From NCBI GenBank assembly GCA_040289475.1, contig PSLF01000003.1, positions 91,418 through 155,417 on the forward strand: DNA of 64,000 nucleotides, read 5' to 3'. Of the stretch, positions 1-10,216 are shown one piece after another. A model generated the notes under the pieces. The model had not been told where the DNA came from, ran no database searches, and saw nothing but the letters and a program-made list of their open reading frames with translations. The number at the start of each line of letters is the position of its first letter. The first letter of the stretch is position 1. This DNA is from Acidimicrobiia bacterium (GTDB lineage: Bacteria; Actinomycetota; Acidimicrobiia; ATN3; PSLF01). A program made the position numbers and the translations under genes.

Positions 1-182
1 GTGTAATCACCAAGGAGAATATCGGCCGACGGGGCCAGCTCCAACACCGCCTGTTTGGTACGCTCGGGCAAGGTCAGGACCTCGACAGCAATGTCCGTTC
101 GCTGACGCTCGGCGAGAGCCGACTCTATTAGTCCTTTTATGATTAGCGCCGGTAGGGGCGCCGTGGAAACAATCGTCGTCAA
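1..182 (-). CDS. Hypothetical protein, 5' portion only; the gene continues beyond the window start. N-terminus MTTIVSTAPLPALIIKGLIESALAERQRTDIAVEVLTLPERTKQAVLELAPSADILLGDY...
   Basis: TTG start at 182 is preceded by a strong AAGGAGG RBS 5 nt upstream (rc of 188-194). The frame stays open to the window edge. It is divergent from the CitE-like gene. Function not recognised. Confidence 0.35.
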   Translation of the reverse strand, partial: MTTIVSTAPLPALIIKGLIESALAERQRTDIAVEVLTLPERTKQAVLELAPSADILLGDY

Positions 183-467
183 CGGTTCCTCCTTACTTGT
201 AGTACACCACAAGGTATGGAAAAGTCGAAAGCGCCACAGTTCTCAGGTCGGGTTCAAGATTCGCTTTCCTTGCGACACATCGGATACGACACGAAACGGC
301 CACACCTGTGCCGCCATCGATTGCTCTAGCCGCTCCGTTTTCGCCTCAGCGCGCGTGGCGGTTGAAAGCAGTACTGCTACGCCGTGTACATTAGCAGGGA
401 CCGCGAGGTGAACTGATTCCAACTCCGGCCGATCTAGGATCTCACATAACCAGGGAGGTGTTCGACA

Positions 468-1418
468 GTGGGAGTGATAAGAGCGCGTCGGTCGTGTCTG
501 TCGGTGCCTGGCTCCAGTCCCAAGATGATGGCGAAAGCCCCGACTCTTACTGCAGACGAGGTTTTTCTCGATTTGGAGGACTCCGTCGCACCCGCAGCTA
601 AAGAAGAGGCCCGGCCCCAGGTCATAGAAGCACTGAAATCGGGTGAATGGGGAGACAAAACAGTAGTCGTTCGAATCAATGCGATAGACACGCGCTTTGC
701 CTATAAAGACTTGATCGAGATTGTAGAAGCTGCCGGCGACGTCATCGATTGCATCATGATTCCCAAGGTGCAATCACCTAACGACGTCACCTTCGTCGAC
801 ACCACTCTGCGCATGATAGAAGACACGATTGGCCTAGAAAAACGCATAGGGATAGAGGCTCAAATTGAGAACCCCAAAGGGCTCAAAAACATTCACGACA
901 TCGCTCAAGCGTCCGATCGGCTGGAAACTTTGATATTTGGACCGGGAGACATGGCGGCATCGATGGGAATGCCACACTTGACCGTCGGTGACATCGTCGA
1001 GGACTACCCCGGTGACCACTGGCACTGGGTTCTTATGGAGATATTGAGCGCCGCTCGATCCGCGGGTTTGCAGGCTATCGATGGTCCCTACGCGAAAATC
1101 AGAGACCTAGACGGATACAGAGTTGTTGCTACCCGCTCTCGTATGCTCGGCTTCGACGGAAAGTGGGTCCTTCACCCAGACCAGATTCCAATAGCTAACG
1201 AGATATATACCCCTGATCAAGATGCCTACGAGAGGGCAGAAGCAATTCTGGAAGCCTACGAGAAAGCCACGACCCTTGAGCGTCGAGGCGCTGTCATGTT
1301 CGGGGATGAGATGATCGACGAGGCTAGCCGCAAAATGGCCGCAGTTACTGCAGAGCAGGGCCGCCGTGCAGGCCTTGTCCGTCAAAAAACTCTCGCAGAC
1401 TTCATCGGGCAAGAGTAG
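468..1418 (+). CDS. citE: HpcH/HpaI-CitE family CoA-ester lyase (citrate lyase beta-like; malyl-/citramalyl-/HMG-CoA lyase type)
   Basis: 316-aa ORF with GTG start at 468 and AGGGAGG RBS at 451-457. N-terminal RRSCLSVPGS motif is typical of CitE/malyl-CoA lyase family proteins. Confidence 0.8.
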   Translation: MGVIRARRSCLSVPGSSPKMMAKAPTLTADEVFLDLEDSVAPAAKEEARPQVIEALKSGEWGDKTVVVRINAIDTRFAYKDLIEIVEAAGDVIDCIMIPKVQSPNDVTFVDTTLRMIEDTIGLEKRIGIEAQIENPKGLKNIHDIAQASDRLETLIFGPGDMAASMGMPHLTVGDIVEDYPGDHWHWVLMEILSAARSAGLQAIDGPYAKIRDLDGYRVVATRSRMLGFDGKWVLHPDQIPIANEIYTPDQDAYERAEAILEAYEKATTLERRGAVMFGDEMIDEASRKMAAVTAEQGRRAGLVRQKTLADFIGQE

Positions 1419-1452
1419 AAGTTGCTCAGCCCGTATCGGCGACAAGAGGAGG

Positions 1453-2652
1453 ATGATTCAGGTGCTTTTCGAAGACACGGAAGACCTGACTGACTTTCAA
1501 AAAGAAATCGTTGCTACCGTACGCGACTTCGTAGACAAGGAAGTCATCCCAGTTGCTGACGAGCTTGAGCACTCTGATACCTTTCCAGACAAAATCGTCG
1601 AGCAAATGAAAGAAATGGGGATATTCGCGCTAACGGTCCCCGAAGAGTACGGAGGGCTAGGGGAAGGTCTTCTGACTTACGTGCTCGTCGTTATGGAACT
1701 ATCCAGAGGCTGGATGAGCCTTGCGGGAATTATAAACACTAACTTCATTGACATTTACCTCATCAACACTCATGGGACAAAGGATCAAAAAGAGAGGTTT
1801 TTGCCGCGAATAGCAGCTGGTGAGATCCGCGGGGCATTTTCGATGTCAGAGCCGGGAGCAGGATCAGACGTAGCGTCAATTAAAACGAAAGCTAGACGCG
1901 AGGGCGATGTGTATGTGATCGACGGCGAAAAAATGTGGGTTACTAATGGGCTAAGGTCTGGGTTTGTCGCAACTCTTGTAAAGACAGATCCAAAGGCCGA
2001 TCCACCCTACAAGGGCATGAGCGTGTTCTTGGTTGAAAAAGAACCAGGTGTGGAGAAATTGGATGGCCTTACGGTAACACCCAATATTGACAAGATGGGA
2101 TACAAAGGCGTGGAGACGACGGCATTGATATTCGACGGATATAGATGCCCTGCAGAAAATCTACTTGGAGGTGAAGAAGGGCGTGGATTCTATCAAATGA
2201 TGGACAGTATAGAAGTGGGGAGAGTGAATGTGGCCGGCAGGGCAGTGGGGCTTGGAATGAGGGCATTTGAGGAGGCAATTCGCTATGCGCAGCAGCGTGA
2301 GGCCTTCGGCAAACCAATTGCGCAACACCAAGCTATTGCACACAAGCTAGCTGAGATGGCGACTCAGTTAGCGGCAGCGAGGGCACTCACAATCAATGCT
2401 GCGCGAAAAAAAGATGCTGGGGGAAGGGCAGATCTAGAAGCGGGTATGGCGAAGTTGTTTGCATCGGAGGCCTGTCACAACATCGTCACAGATTCTCTAA
2501 GGATACATGGCGGGTATGGATACTCGAAGGAGTTTACTATCGAGCGTCTTTACCGGGATGCTCCCTTTCTACTAATAGGTGAAGGCACCAGCGAAATCCA
2601 AAAAAACATCATCTCGCGACAATTGCTCAAACGGTACAAAGTAGACACGTAA
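1453..2652 (+). CDS. Acyl-CoA dehydrogenase (isovaleryl-/short-branched-chain type)
   Basis: The ORF track gives 1366-2652. The internal ATG at 1453 is preceded by AGGAGG at 1446-1451. Translation MIQVLFEDTEDLTDFQKEIV... has ACAD N-, middle and C-domains, including the ...IGEGTSEIQ... signature. The 5' end of the track ORF overlaps the citE 3' end, so the internal start is preferred. Confidence 0.85.
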   Translation: MIQVLFEDTEDLTDFQKEIVATVRDFVDKEVIPVADELEHSDTFPDKIVEQMKEMGIFALTVPEEYGGLGEGLLTYVLVVMELSRGWMSLAGIINTNFIDIYLINTHGTKDQKERFLPRIAAGEIRGAFSMSEPGAGSDVASIKTKARREGDVYVIDGEKMWVTNGLRSGFVATLVKTDPKADPPYKGMSVFLVEKEPGVEKLDGLTVTPNIDKMGYKGVETTALIFDGYRCPAENLLGGEEGRGFYQMMDSIEVGRVNVAGRAVGLGMRAFEEAIRYAQQREAFGKPIAQHQAIAHKLAEMATQLAAARALTINAARKKDAGGRADLEAGMAKLFASEACHNIVTDSLRIHGGYGYSKEFTIERLYRDAPFLLIGEGTSEIQKNIISRQLLKRYKVDT

Positions 2653-2747
2653 AATTGCATTTTATAGTTGGCTTGGCCAGCTGAGCTCTGGCTCAAAAAC
2701 GTGGGAAAAAGGTGCTGGTCTAGGATACGGAGTTGTAAGGATCGAAA

Positions 2748-3254
2748 ATGGGGTTCGGAAGGTACTTAGAAGACTTTGAGGTAGGGGCCGTATACAAACA
2801 CTGGCCTGGAAAGACGATAACAGAATACGATGATCACCTCTTTTGCATGATCACAATGAATCACCACCCACTCCACATTGACTCTAGGTATGCAGAGAAC
2901 GAAACGCAGTTCAAACGCAATGTCGTTGTAGGAAATCTCGTGTATTCCCTAGCGTTGGGTATGAGCGTTCCGGACGTGTCCGGGAAAGCAATTGCAAACC
3001 TAGAAATTGAATACTTAAGGCATCCGGCGCCAGTCTTTCATGGCGACACTATCTATGCCGAAACGGAAGTGCTTGAAGTAAAAGAGTCAAAATCAAAGCC
3101 GGACCGCGGAGTCGTCAAAGTAAAGACCATCGCATACAAGCAGGATGGCACGGTTGTGTGCGAGTTTGTGCGGCGCGTAATGGTGCCGAAGCGCTCCGCT
3201 TACCCTAACGAGCAACCTGGTAGGCCCGAACCCAAAACCGAGGAAGTTGGCTGA
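2748..3254 (+). CDS. MaoC-like (R)-specific enoyl-CoA hydratase / dehydratase
   Basis: 168-aa hot-dog fold protein (MGFGRYLEDFEVGAVYKHWPGKTITEYDDHLFCMITMNHHPLHID...). AAGGA RBS lies upstream of the ATG at 2748. Confidence 0.8.
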   Translation: MGFGRYLEDFEVGAVYKHWPGKTITEYDDHLFCMITMNHHPLHIDSRYAENETQFKRNVVVGNLVYSLALGMSVPDVSGKAIANLEIEYLRHPAPVFHGDTIYAETEVLEVKESKSKPDRGVVKVKTIAYKQDGTVVCEFVRRVMVPKRSAYPNEQPGRPEPKTEEVG

Positions 3255-3317
3255 GACAAGCTCCTGCCGAAATCGAGAGCATAGCGCGCAACCATCTTGG
3301 CAAGAGAGCTTCTATCA

Positions 3318-4322
3318 CTATGATCGAGGAGTGATTTCCTTCCTAACCTGATCGCCGCTCGAAGCCGCCAGATCCGCTTCGACCATCATCTTCACTAACT
3401 CCTCGAAAGAAACTGTCGGTTCCCATCCCAAAACAGTTCTCGCCTTCGTCGGGTCGGCTCTTAGCTCTTCTACATCCGCGGGTCTCATGTACCGTTCGTC
3501 TACTGCTAGGTACTTTTCGTAATCGGAGATTCCGATGTGAGCCAAGGCCAGCCTGGCAAAGTCAGTGACACTGTGCGACTCGCCAGTCCCTACTACGTAG
3601 TCGGACGGCTCGTCTTGCTGAAGCATCAGCCACATCGCCTTTACGTAGTCGCCGGCGAAACCCCAGTCGCGGCGGGCGTTCAAGTTACCCAATACAATCT
3701 TGTCCGCTCTTCCCGCAGCGATATCAGCAACGGCTAGCGAGATTTTCCGGGTCACGAACTCTGGCCCCCGGCGAGGGGACTCGTGGTTGAATAAAATCCC
3801 GCTGCACGCAAACATTCCGTATGCCTCTCTGTAATGAACCGTTGCGTAGTGGCCCATTGCCTTGGCTATCGCGTACGGGCTGCGAGGGTGGAAGGGAGTG
3901 AGCTCATTTTGGGGCGTCTCTCTTACCTTCCCAAACATTTCGGAAGAGCTCGCCTGGTAGAAACGAACATTCCCTCCCGCACCTTGATACCTGCGAACTG
4001 CCTCCAACATTTTGTGGACTCCCAGGCCTGTGATAGCGTATGTAAGCTCTGGCTGCTGAAAAGAGACGTGGACGTAACTGATGGCGGCGAGGTTGTATAC
4101 CTCGTCGGGTTGAGATTCTTCAAGGACTGACAGCAAAGAAGAAAAATCCGTCAGATCGCCGAATACCAGCTTGACCTCGGGAACCGTCTCTTTCACGATA
4201 GAGACTTTTGGATTCGCCTGGCCACGCACCATCCCGTAGACCGTATAGCCTTTCGACAGCAAAAACTCCGCAAGATATAAGCCATCCTGGCCAGTTATCC
4301 CGGTGATAAGTGCAGTCGGCAT
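3318..4322 (-). CDS. gmd: GDP-mannose 4,6-dehydratase
   Basis: 334 aa. N-terminus MPTALITGITGQDGLYLAEFLLSKGYTVYG and overall SDR-extended fold are typical of Gmd. Confidence 0.88.
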   Translation of the reverse strand: MPTALITGITGQDGLYLAEFLLSKGYTVYGMVRGQANPKVSIVKETVPEVKLVFGDLTDFSSLLSVLEESQPDEVYNLAAISYVHVSFQQPELTYAITGLGVHKMLEAVRRYQGAGGNVRFYQASSSEMFGKVRETPQNELTPFHPRSPYAIAKAMGHYATVHYREAYGMFACSGILFNHESPRRGPEFVTRKISLAVADIAAGRADKIVLGNLNARRDWGFAGDYVKAMWLMLQQDEPSDYVVGTGESHSVTDFARLALAHIGISDYEKYLAVDERYMRPADVEELRADPTKARTVLGWEPTVSFEELVKMMVEADLAASSGDQVRKEITPRS

Positions 4323-4331
4323 CCTACCCCG

Positions 4332-5711
4332 CTATCTCCTCAACACCGTTCCGGATTGATATGGCCGCTTGGGAAGGGGATCCACTCCTTGGTCGAGTAA
4401 TAACTCTGCAGAAACCCGCTCAACGGAAACATCCACAGGTTTTACCTTTACGTACTTGCCCACAGTGCCTACAGGACCCGAGGTCTCAATCTTTACGTAA
4501 TTGTCAGTGATACCGAAAAGGGAAGGTGCGACTCTTTGAGTTGCCGCACCCGAACTATCGGAAATACACCCTGATTCGGCTGGACCATGGCCCTCTATGA
4601 GCACCCCTTCTATAAGTCCTGCTTTTGCTTGCAGTTGGTGGAATTCAAGCCTAAGCTTGTCTCCTAACTCCCTCAGAGTCTTCGACCGTGCCCGTTTTTC
4701 ATCCTCGGGTACTTGGTCTTCCCGCGAAGCCGCGGGAGTTCCTTCCCGCGGGGAGTAACGGAAAACATGCACCTTGGCGAAGGCAACACGCTCCACTATG
4801 TCCAGCGTGTTGCCAAATGCGACCAGGGTCTCTCCGGGAAAACCTACCATCACGTCTGTCGTGAGAGCAACTCCGGGGATTTTTTCTTTGATAGCGCTGA
4901 CCACCTCCAAGTACCTCTTGGAGTCATATGGCCTTCCCATCGCGTCAAGCACTCCGTCGTCTCCCGATTGCAGAGGGATGTGGAGGTGCCTACAGAGTCG
5001 TGGCTCGCAAGCAATCAGTTCAACGAGACGCTCGTCTATAGAGGTCAGCTCTATCGAGGAGAGTCTGATCCTAAGGCTCGAGGGGAGCGACTCAAGCAAG
5101 CGGCAGACCAACTCATAAAGACCCACTCCTGTTCCAGAGTCGATCCCGTACCTGCCAAGATGCACTCCAGAAAGTGTCAGTTCGACTGCTCCTCGCTCCG
5201 CAAGAGAAACTCCGGCCGACACAACGTGTTCGATGTCTCTGGAATCGAGATCCCCTCGCGTGTAAGGCACTATGCAAAAAGTACACATCTCGTCACATCC
5301 GCTTTGAACCTTCAAAATCACACGGGGAGGGACTTGCGGCATACACGACGACAGCTGAAGCGTGCGAGGGAAGTATTGGTTTTGCAGGAAACCTACGATG
5401 GAGTCCTTCCCCTTGTTAGGAATGACATCGTCTACGCCGTCTACCGCTCTAACCTCCTCCGGTGCAGCAACCGCATAACATCCCGTCACTATGAGGCGGG
5501 CATTGGGATACTCCCTAGCGGACCTCGAGATCAAGCGGCGAGATGATCGCGTCGAATCCGAAGTGACAGTACAGGTGTTTACGATTACGACATCGGGGGT
5601 GTCGTTTGGCTCCGCCAGCTCGAACCCGGATGCCAAAAGCCCTTCCTCTATCTCGAAGCTTTCAGCCTGGTTCAGCCGGCACCCCAGTGTTCGTAGAAGA
5701 ATTTTGGGCAT
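4332..5711 (-). CDS. mtaB: MiaB-family radical-SAM tRNA methylthiotransferase (MtaB/RimO-like, with C-terminal TRAM domain)
   Basis: The ORF track gives 4332-5867. The true start is most likely the internal ATG at 5711 (MPKILLRTLGCRLNQAES...), which has an AGAGGA RBS upstream. Features: MTTase N-domain, CxxxCxxC radical-SAM motif (SGCDEMCTFCIVPYTRG) and C-terminal TRAM. Confidence 0.8.
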   Translation of the reverse strand: MPKILLRTLGCRLNQAESFEIEEGLLASGFELAEPNDTPDVVIVNTCTVTSDSTRSSRRLISRSAREYPNARLIVTGCYAVAAPEEVRAVDGVDDVIPNKGKDSIVGFLQNQYFPRTLQLSSCMPQVPPRVILKVQSGCDEMCTFCIVPYTRGDLDSRDIEHVVSAGVSLAERGAVELTLSGVHLGRYGIDSGTGVGLYELVCRLLESLPSSLRIRLSSIELTSIDERLVELIACEPRLCRHLHIPLQSGDDGVLDAMGRPYDSKRYLEVVSAIKEKIPGVALTTDVMVGFPGETLVAFGNTLDIVERVAFAKVHVFRYSPREGTPAASREDQVPEDEKRARSKTLRELGDKLRLEFHQLQAKAGLIEGVLIEGHGPAESGCISDSSGAATQRVAPSLFGITDNYVKIETSGPVGTVGKYVKVKPVDVSVERVSAELLLDQGVDPLPKRPYQSGTVLRR

Positions 5712-5826
5712 ATCTATCCTCTGTTCGCTTCGAAAGCGACTTTTCCCGCCTATCTCCGCCTTCGACGGATTTTTGCTCTCCTGCCTACACATGTGTGGGC
5801 AGGGGCTATCATTGACGCGGCCCCGC

Positions 5827-6339
5827 CTATCTGGGCGCATGGGCGTTGCGGCGCCCAGCGACAACACCCATTTGCACCAAATGGCGGAGGAACTCTTCTT
5901 CGTCCATATCCAAAAAAGCAGCGATAGCTTTGATGTCCTCTCGCCTGATTGCTATCTCCGTCTCATCGAGACTGCCCCGATCGATGCGAATCCGGTTTAC
6001 ATATCGCTCTACTATTCGGGCCTCTGGGTCTTGAGCAGTCTCCAGCGCCACCAAGTCGAGCCTCAGAGTGTCAGCGTCAGGTGTACGAAGCCCGGGTGTG
6101 TGAACGTGCTCGTCTTCGGTAGGCAGGAGCTCTTCCAAAGTCACCCCGTAATACTCCGCTAACCTGGCTAGCCTTGGAACGCTAATCGAACGCTCCCCTC
6201 TCTCATATGCGCCTACCACGGAAGCCTTAAACTCACCTTTACTGCGACGCTCTACATCACCCAAGGAAAGGCCGCTCTGTTTACGGATACTCCTAAGACG
6301 CTCTCCCAAGCGCCTAGAAAAATCGGGGGGCTTACGCAT
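5827..6339 (-). CDS. XRE-family helix-turn-helix DNA-binding protein with C-terminal domain of unknown function
   Basis: 170 aa. The N-terminal HTH_XRE-like segment is LGERLRSIRKQSGLSLGDVERRSKGEFKASVVGAYERGERSISVPRLARLAEYYGVTLEELL. It sits between dnaJ and mtaB. Confidence 0.6.
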   Translation of the reverse strand: MRKPPDFSRRLGERLRSIRKQSGLSLGDVERRSKGEFKASVVGAYERGERSISVPRLARLAEYYGVTLEELLPTEDEHVHTPGLRTPDADTLRLDLVALETAQDPEARIVERYVNRIRIDRGSLDETEIAIRREDIKAIAAFLDMDEEEFLRHLVQMGVVAGRRNAHAPR

Positions 6340-6491
6340 TTTTTGAAGAAGTTTCTCCTCTCAAGCCATGTTTGATCGCGAGATACACCGAAATATGATC
6401 ACGCTTTGGACATCGTAGTCCTGCTATAAGATCCTCGCCGCTTGCCTCATTCAAATGCACTGGTCTACTAAATTGTCCAGCCGGCTCATTC

Positions 6492-7619
6492 TCAGATCCT
6501 CTTCTGTGCGGTCTCGGCACTATGATCATGTTTTAGTACACGCTCTCTTCGGATCTCGGCTATCCGTTCCAGCAGGGCCCGCTCCTCTGGATCCAATTCT
6601 GAAGGTATCACGACCCTCACCTTGATCACGAGATCGCCACGGCCGCCCCTATCGAGACGAGGAACACCGTGGCCAACGAGCCTAAGCTCTTCCCCGTCGG
6701 ATACACCTCCCGGAATCCGCACGCGCAAGTCGCCGTCGAGAGTAGGGACTAGGACCTCGGTTCCCAGGACAGCTTGGACATAACTTATCACTACGTCGTA
6801 GAACAAGTCTGCACCGGAGCGTTTGAGTACAGGGTGAGGTCGAACTCGAACGCTAATGTACAAGTCGCCCGAGGGACCACCCCGAACTCCAGCATGCCCA
6901 CGGCCGGGAACTCTTAACTGAGTCCCGTCCTCGATTCCTGGTTGAATAGGAACGGTGAGCTTCTCTTTGTGCAGAATTCGTGACTCGCCGCCACACTTTT
7001 TGCACGGCTCTACAACTACTGTGCCCTCTCCCTCGCATTCCGGGCACAGATAGCTAGTAATCATGCTTCCTAGGAGAGAGCGCCGGCGCTCTGTGATTTC
7101 GCCAGTACCGCTACACGCGGTGCAGGTCGCTCTCTTCGACCCTAGCTCCTCACCCGTGCCTTTGCACTCGTCACACTCGACCCACAACTCCAAATCGTCG
7201 AGGGTGAGTTCGGCACCGACTACAGCCTGCTCGAAATCAATCTCGACCTCGACTACGACATCTCTCCCTGGCTCCCCACTTCGGCGGGCGCGCCTTGCTC
7301 GTCTCGCGCTCGAACCAAAAGCAGAGGAAAAGAAATCCTCGATGATGTCGTTCAATGGGGCAAAAGGATCGTATCCGCCAGCTCGGAAACCGCCGAATCC
7401 AGATATATCAGTGGTTCCGAAAGCGTCATACTGAGCTCTTTTTTTCGGGTCGGAGAGGACCTCGTACGCCTCGTTTATCTCCTTGAACTTGTCCTCTGCG
7501 GATGGATCGTCTTTGTTAGCATCCGGGTGGTACTGACGAGCCAGTCGGCGATAGGCTCGCTTGATTTCGTCCTGAGATGCTTTGCGCGACACGCCTAGGA
7601 TTTCGTAGTAGTCCTTCAT
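6492..7619 (-). CDS. dnaJ: Molecular chaperone DnaJ
   Basis: 375 aa. Features: J-domain with HPD ([35 protein letters not shown]), G/F-rich region, four CxxCxGxG zinc-finger repeats and a C-terminal substrate domain. Confidence 0.92.
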   Translation of the reverse strand: MKDYYEILGVSRKASQDEIKRAYRRLARQYHPDANKDDPSAEDKFKEINEAYEVLSDPKKRAQYDAFGTTDISGFGGFRAGGYDPFAPLNDIIEDFFSSAFGSSARRARRARRSGEPGRDVVVEVEIDFEQAVVGAELTLDDLELWVECDECKGTGEELGSKRATCTACSGTGEITERRRSLLGSMITSYLCPECEGEGTVVVEPCKKCGGESRILHKEKLTVPIQPGIEDGTQLRVPGRGHAGVRGGPSGDLYISVRVRPHPVLKRSGADLFYDVVISYVQAVLGTEVLVPTLDGDLRVRIPGGVSDGEELRLVGHGVPRLDRGGRGDLVIKVRVVIPSELDPEERALLERIAEIRRERVLKHDHSAETAQKRI

Positions 7620-7678
7620 ACCGACACTCGCCTTCGAGATGTGGAAACTAAAGCAAATGCGCAGCCGGACAAAAAGGA

Positions 7679-8740
7679 CTACCCGTAGGCCGCCACAAGC
7701 CAGTCGCCTATGCGCGACGAGATCTCTCGCACAACCGGCATAACTCGCGCGTAGTTCATCCTCGTAGGCCCGACGACACCGACCGATCCGACAACTTTGG
7801 AGTCAGCAACGATACTCCCAGCCACTACCGAGCACGATCTTAGGAGTCTAGACGGATTCTCCGAGCCAATGAAGACGCTAACAGACCCGCCCCCTGAGAG
7901 GAGCTTCAGTGCAGATATAACCGGCTGTTGCTCCTCCAGTGCTCTAAGAAACTCTTCGAAATCGTGCCACTCGTTGGTGGGCCACTTCCTCGCAACCCAT
8001 GAAGTACCCCCCACGAAATATGGAATCGGAAATCGCTGTACGTCAGCGAACTCGCTCGCGATAACCCCAAAGAGGTGAAATGTCTCTTCCCGTAGTCCAG
8101 GGTCGTCGCCAACGCTTTCTCTCAAACTCTCGAAGGCCCGCGCCACGCTCAAAATAGGAGTGCCCCTCAATGACCTACAAGCTCGATAGGCTCGCTCTGC
8201 TGCCCTTGGAGAGAGAGGGCGATTCAGGCTGAGACTCTTCGCCACCGCGCGCCCAGAAGAGGTGACGAGGCTCACTAACACTAACTCGTCAGAAAGAAGC
8301 GAGAGGTGGACGTCTCTCAGAGTCTCATCCTCTGGATATGGCCCTACTACCACCGTCGCTTGTTGAATCGCGTCGGATACGAATCGCGAGATCGTCTGCA
8401 GCAACTCCTCTATTTTGCCGGTGCGATGAGCGAACAACCGGTGCACGGTTGCGCTCCACGACCGGGGAAGAGATTGCTCCCTCAGCAGATAATCTACGTA
8501 ATAGCGATAGCCCTTCACTGTCGGTACCCGGCCTGCCGAGGTGTGGGGCTGATCAATAAGCCCCTGCGCCTCTAAAACTCGCATCTCGTTTCTAATGGTG
8601 GCCGCCGAGACGCCGAGTCTAGCGCGTCTGGCAACCGCGACAGAGCCTACTGGCTTCTCGGTCTCGGTATATAGCTCCACAACGGAAGCGAGAATTTTCT
8701 CCTTACGAGGGTCCAGTCGTTCGAGTTTCATCTCAGTCAA
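7679..8740 (-). CDS. hrcA: Heat-inducible transcription repressor HrcA
   Basis: 353 aa. N-terminal winged-helix segment ([47 protein letters not shown]) is typical of HrcA. It lies directly upstream of dnaJ. Confidence 0.88.
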   Translation of the reverse strand: MTEMKLERLDPRKEKILASVVELYTETEKPVGSVAVARRARLGVSAATIRNEMRVLEAQGLIDQPHTSAGRVPTVKGYRYYVDYLLREQSLPRSWSATVHRLFAHRTGKIEELLQTISRFVSDAIQQATVVVGPYPEDETLRDVHLSLLSDELVLVSLVTSSGRAVAKSLSLNRPLSPRAAERAYRACRSLRGTPILSVARAFESLRESVGDDPGLREETFHLFGVIASEFADVQRFPIPYFVGGTSWVARKWPTNEWHDFEEFLRALEEQQPVISALKLLSGGGSVSVFIGSENPSRLLRSCSVVAGSIVADSKVVGSVGVVGPTRMNYARVMPVVREISSRIGDWLVAAYG

Positions 8741-8917
8741 GCCTGTTTAACGTCCGCAAGCCCATCACCGCTGTAATTACTCGACGAACTCGAATCGAAA
8801 TCTTACTCACGGTCCTAGCCGAAAACCAGGCCTCGCAAGCGATTTTATCAATCGTGTAGCTAGAGTGATAACAAACATCTGGCACGCTCAACCGGAGCAG
8901 CAAGCTTAGCCCCCCAA

Positions 8918-10216
8918 CTACCCTGCTTCGATGAGATCCTGTGCCACTGCGACAACCACCTCGTTCAGGAGCGCCATCCCTTTGTGAGTGGCACGCAGGC
9001 GACCCCTTTCCATAGCTATCAAGCCCGAGGCTACAAGCCTCTGGGTCCGTACGCCTCCCACAAACGAGTCGGGGATGTCGATTCCTACCGACCTCCTCAA
9101 CCCCATAAACACTCGGTCCATAACGAGAGTCTCGTCGTCCAGCGATTCTTTTCCAGCGGGAAGTGCCTCCTCCCACACGGCCTGGATATAGCAAACAGGA
9201 TGTCGGGGATTCCAATACCTTGAGGTGCCGTCGAACGAGTGGGCTCCCGAGCCGAATCCCTTATACCGCCCGAATCCCCAGTAAATAAGATTGTGAAAAC
9301 ACTCGAAGCCTGGCAAAGCCCACGACGAAACCTCGTAGCGCCGGTAACCGGCGTCCTCCAAGAAGTTGGCTGCTAATTGCATCTTGTCGGCTTGATCGTC
9401 GGGATCCGGTGGCTGCGCCTTTCCCAACGCAACCTTTCGATAAAGTGGCGTGCCTCGCTCCAAACTTAACGCGTAGCAGGAAATGTGCTTGGGTCCACAT
9501 CGCACAGCTTCCTCGAGTGTGCGTTCCCACGAAGAGAGGGTCTCTGAAGGAGAGCCGTAGATAAGGTCGATGTTGAAATTCGTAATACCGGCGGCGTCGA
9601 GGGAATCGATAGCAGCGTACACCGCCTCGGTGCTGTGAGTCCTATCGAGGTATCTAAGTACGGATGGATCGAAAGACTGCACACCTAAAGACACGCGACT
9701 GACGCTCCAGCGCGCCAACTCTTTCGCCTTGGCTCTGTCCAACGAGTCGGGATTGGCTTCCACACTCACTTCCAAGGGGCGGGTATCCAGCAGTGGTGCC
9801 ACCGCTTCCCCAAGACAGTCCGGAGCGATCAAAGTCGGCGTACCACCGCCTATATAAAGCGTGGTCCCCGCCTTCGTTGGGCCCTCTAACGTCGACGCAT
9901 CTGAACTAAAAGAATGTTGACTACGAGCTGCCGATAAACGAATATCCGTCTCCCCACAATAAGAGGAGAACCTATCGATCTCGTAGCGCAGCGCTCTCAG
10001 ATATCGATCCGAGATACCTTCTAGTCCTTCAAAAGTTGCAAAGTCGCAGTAACCGCAGCGGCGTGCACAAAATGGAATGTGGACATAAAAGCCAAAAAGA
10101 GATGAGGCGAACTCGGCTTTATCCACAAGATCTTCAAAAAGATCAAATTCACCGTGTCTGGAAGGTAGGTCAGAGCTTGTATTAGAGTCACGCCCAGTCT
10201 TACTAGAACGTTTCAC
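8918..10216 (-). CDS. hemW: Radical-SAM heme chaperone HemW (oxygen-independent coproporphyrinogen-III oxidase-like)
   Basis: 432 aa. Carries the CxxxCxYC motif (HIPFCARRCGYCDFAT) and a HemN_C domain. It sits in the conserved position between lepA and hrcA. Confidence 0.85.
   Translation of the reverse strand: MKRSSKTGRDSNTSSDLPSRHGEFDLFEDLVDKAEFASSLFGFYVHIPFCARRCGYCDFATFEGLEGISDRYLRALRYEIDRFSSYCGETDIRLSAARSQHSFSSDASTLEGPTKAGTTLYIGGGTPTLIAPDCLGEAVAPLLDTRPLEVSVEANPDSLDRAKAKELARWSVSRVSLGVQSFDPSVLRYLDRTHSTEAVYAAIDSLDAAGITNFNIDLIYGSPSETLSSWERTLEEAVRCGPKHISCYALSLERGTPLYRKVALGKAQPPDPDDQADKMQLAANFLEDAGYRRYEVSSWALPGFECFHNLIYWGFGRYKGFGSGAHSFDGTSRYWNPRHPVCYIQAVWEEALPAGKESLDDETLVMDRVFMGLRRSVGIDIPDSFVGGVRTQRLVASGLIAMERGRLRATHKGMALLNEVVVAVAQDLIEAG

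Noticed and set aside
243-773. 176-aa minus-strand ORF overlapping the citE 5' end and the upstream intergenic region
   Set aside because: It is antisense to a well-supported CitE-family gene, has no recognisable protein features, and has no RBS. It is a typical high-GC spurious ORF.
4713-5546. 277-aa plus-strand ORF and other long antisense ORFs inside mtaB, leuS, PBP2 and similar genes
   Set aside because: They are antisense to strongly supported genes, have Arg/Ser/Pro-rich composition typical of GC-rich shadow ORFs, and have no motifs.
4332-5867. Long N-terminal extension of mtaB that would overlap the XRE gene by 41 nt
   Set aside because: The internal ATG at 5711 has a good AGAGGA RBS and gives the canonical MTTase N-terminus (MPKILLRTLGC). 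The 52 upstream codons are non-conserved and Arg/Pro-rich.
8741-8917. Search for a CIRCE (TTAGCACTC-N9-GAGTGCTAA) operator upstream of hrcA
   Set aside because: Only a weak half-site-like GAGTGATAA was seen at about 8862, with no proper inverted partner at 9-nt spacing. There is no convincing CIRCE, which may lie elsewhere or be divergent.
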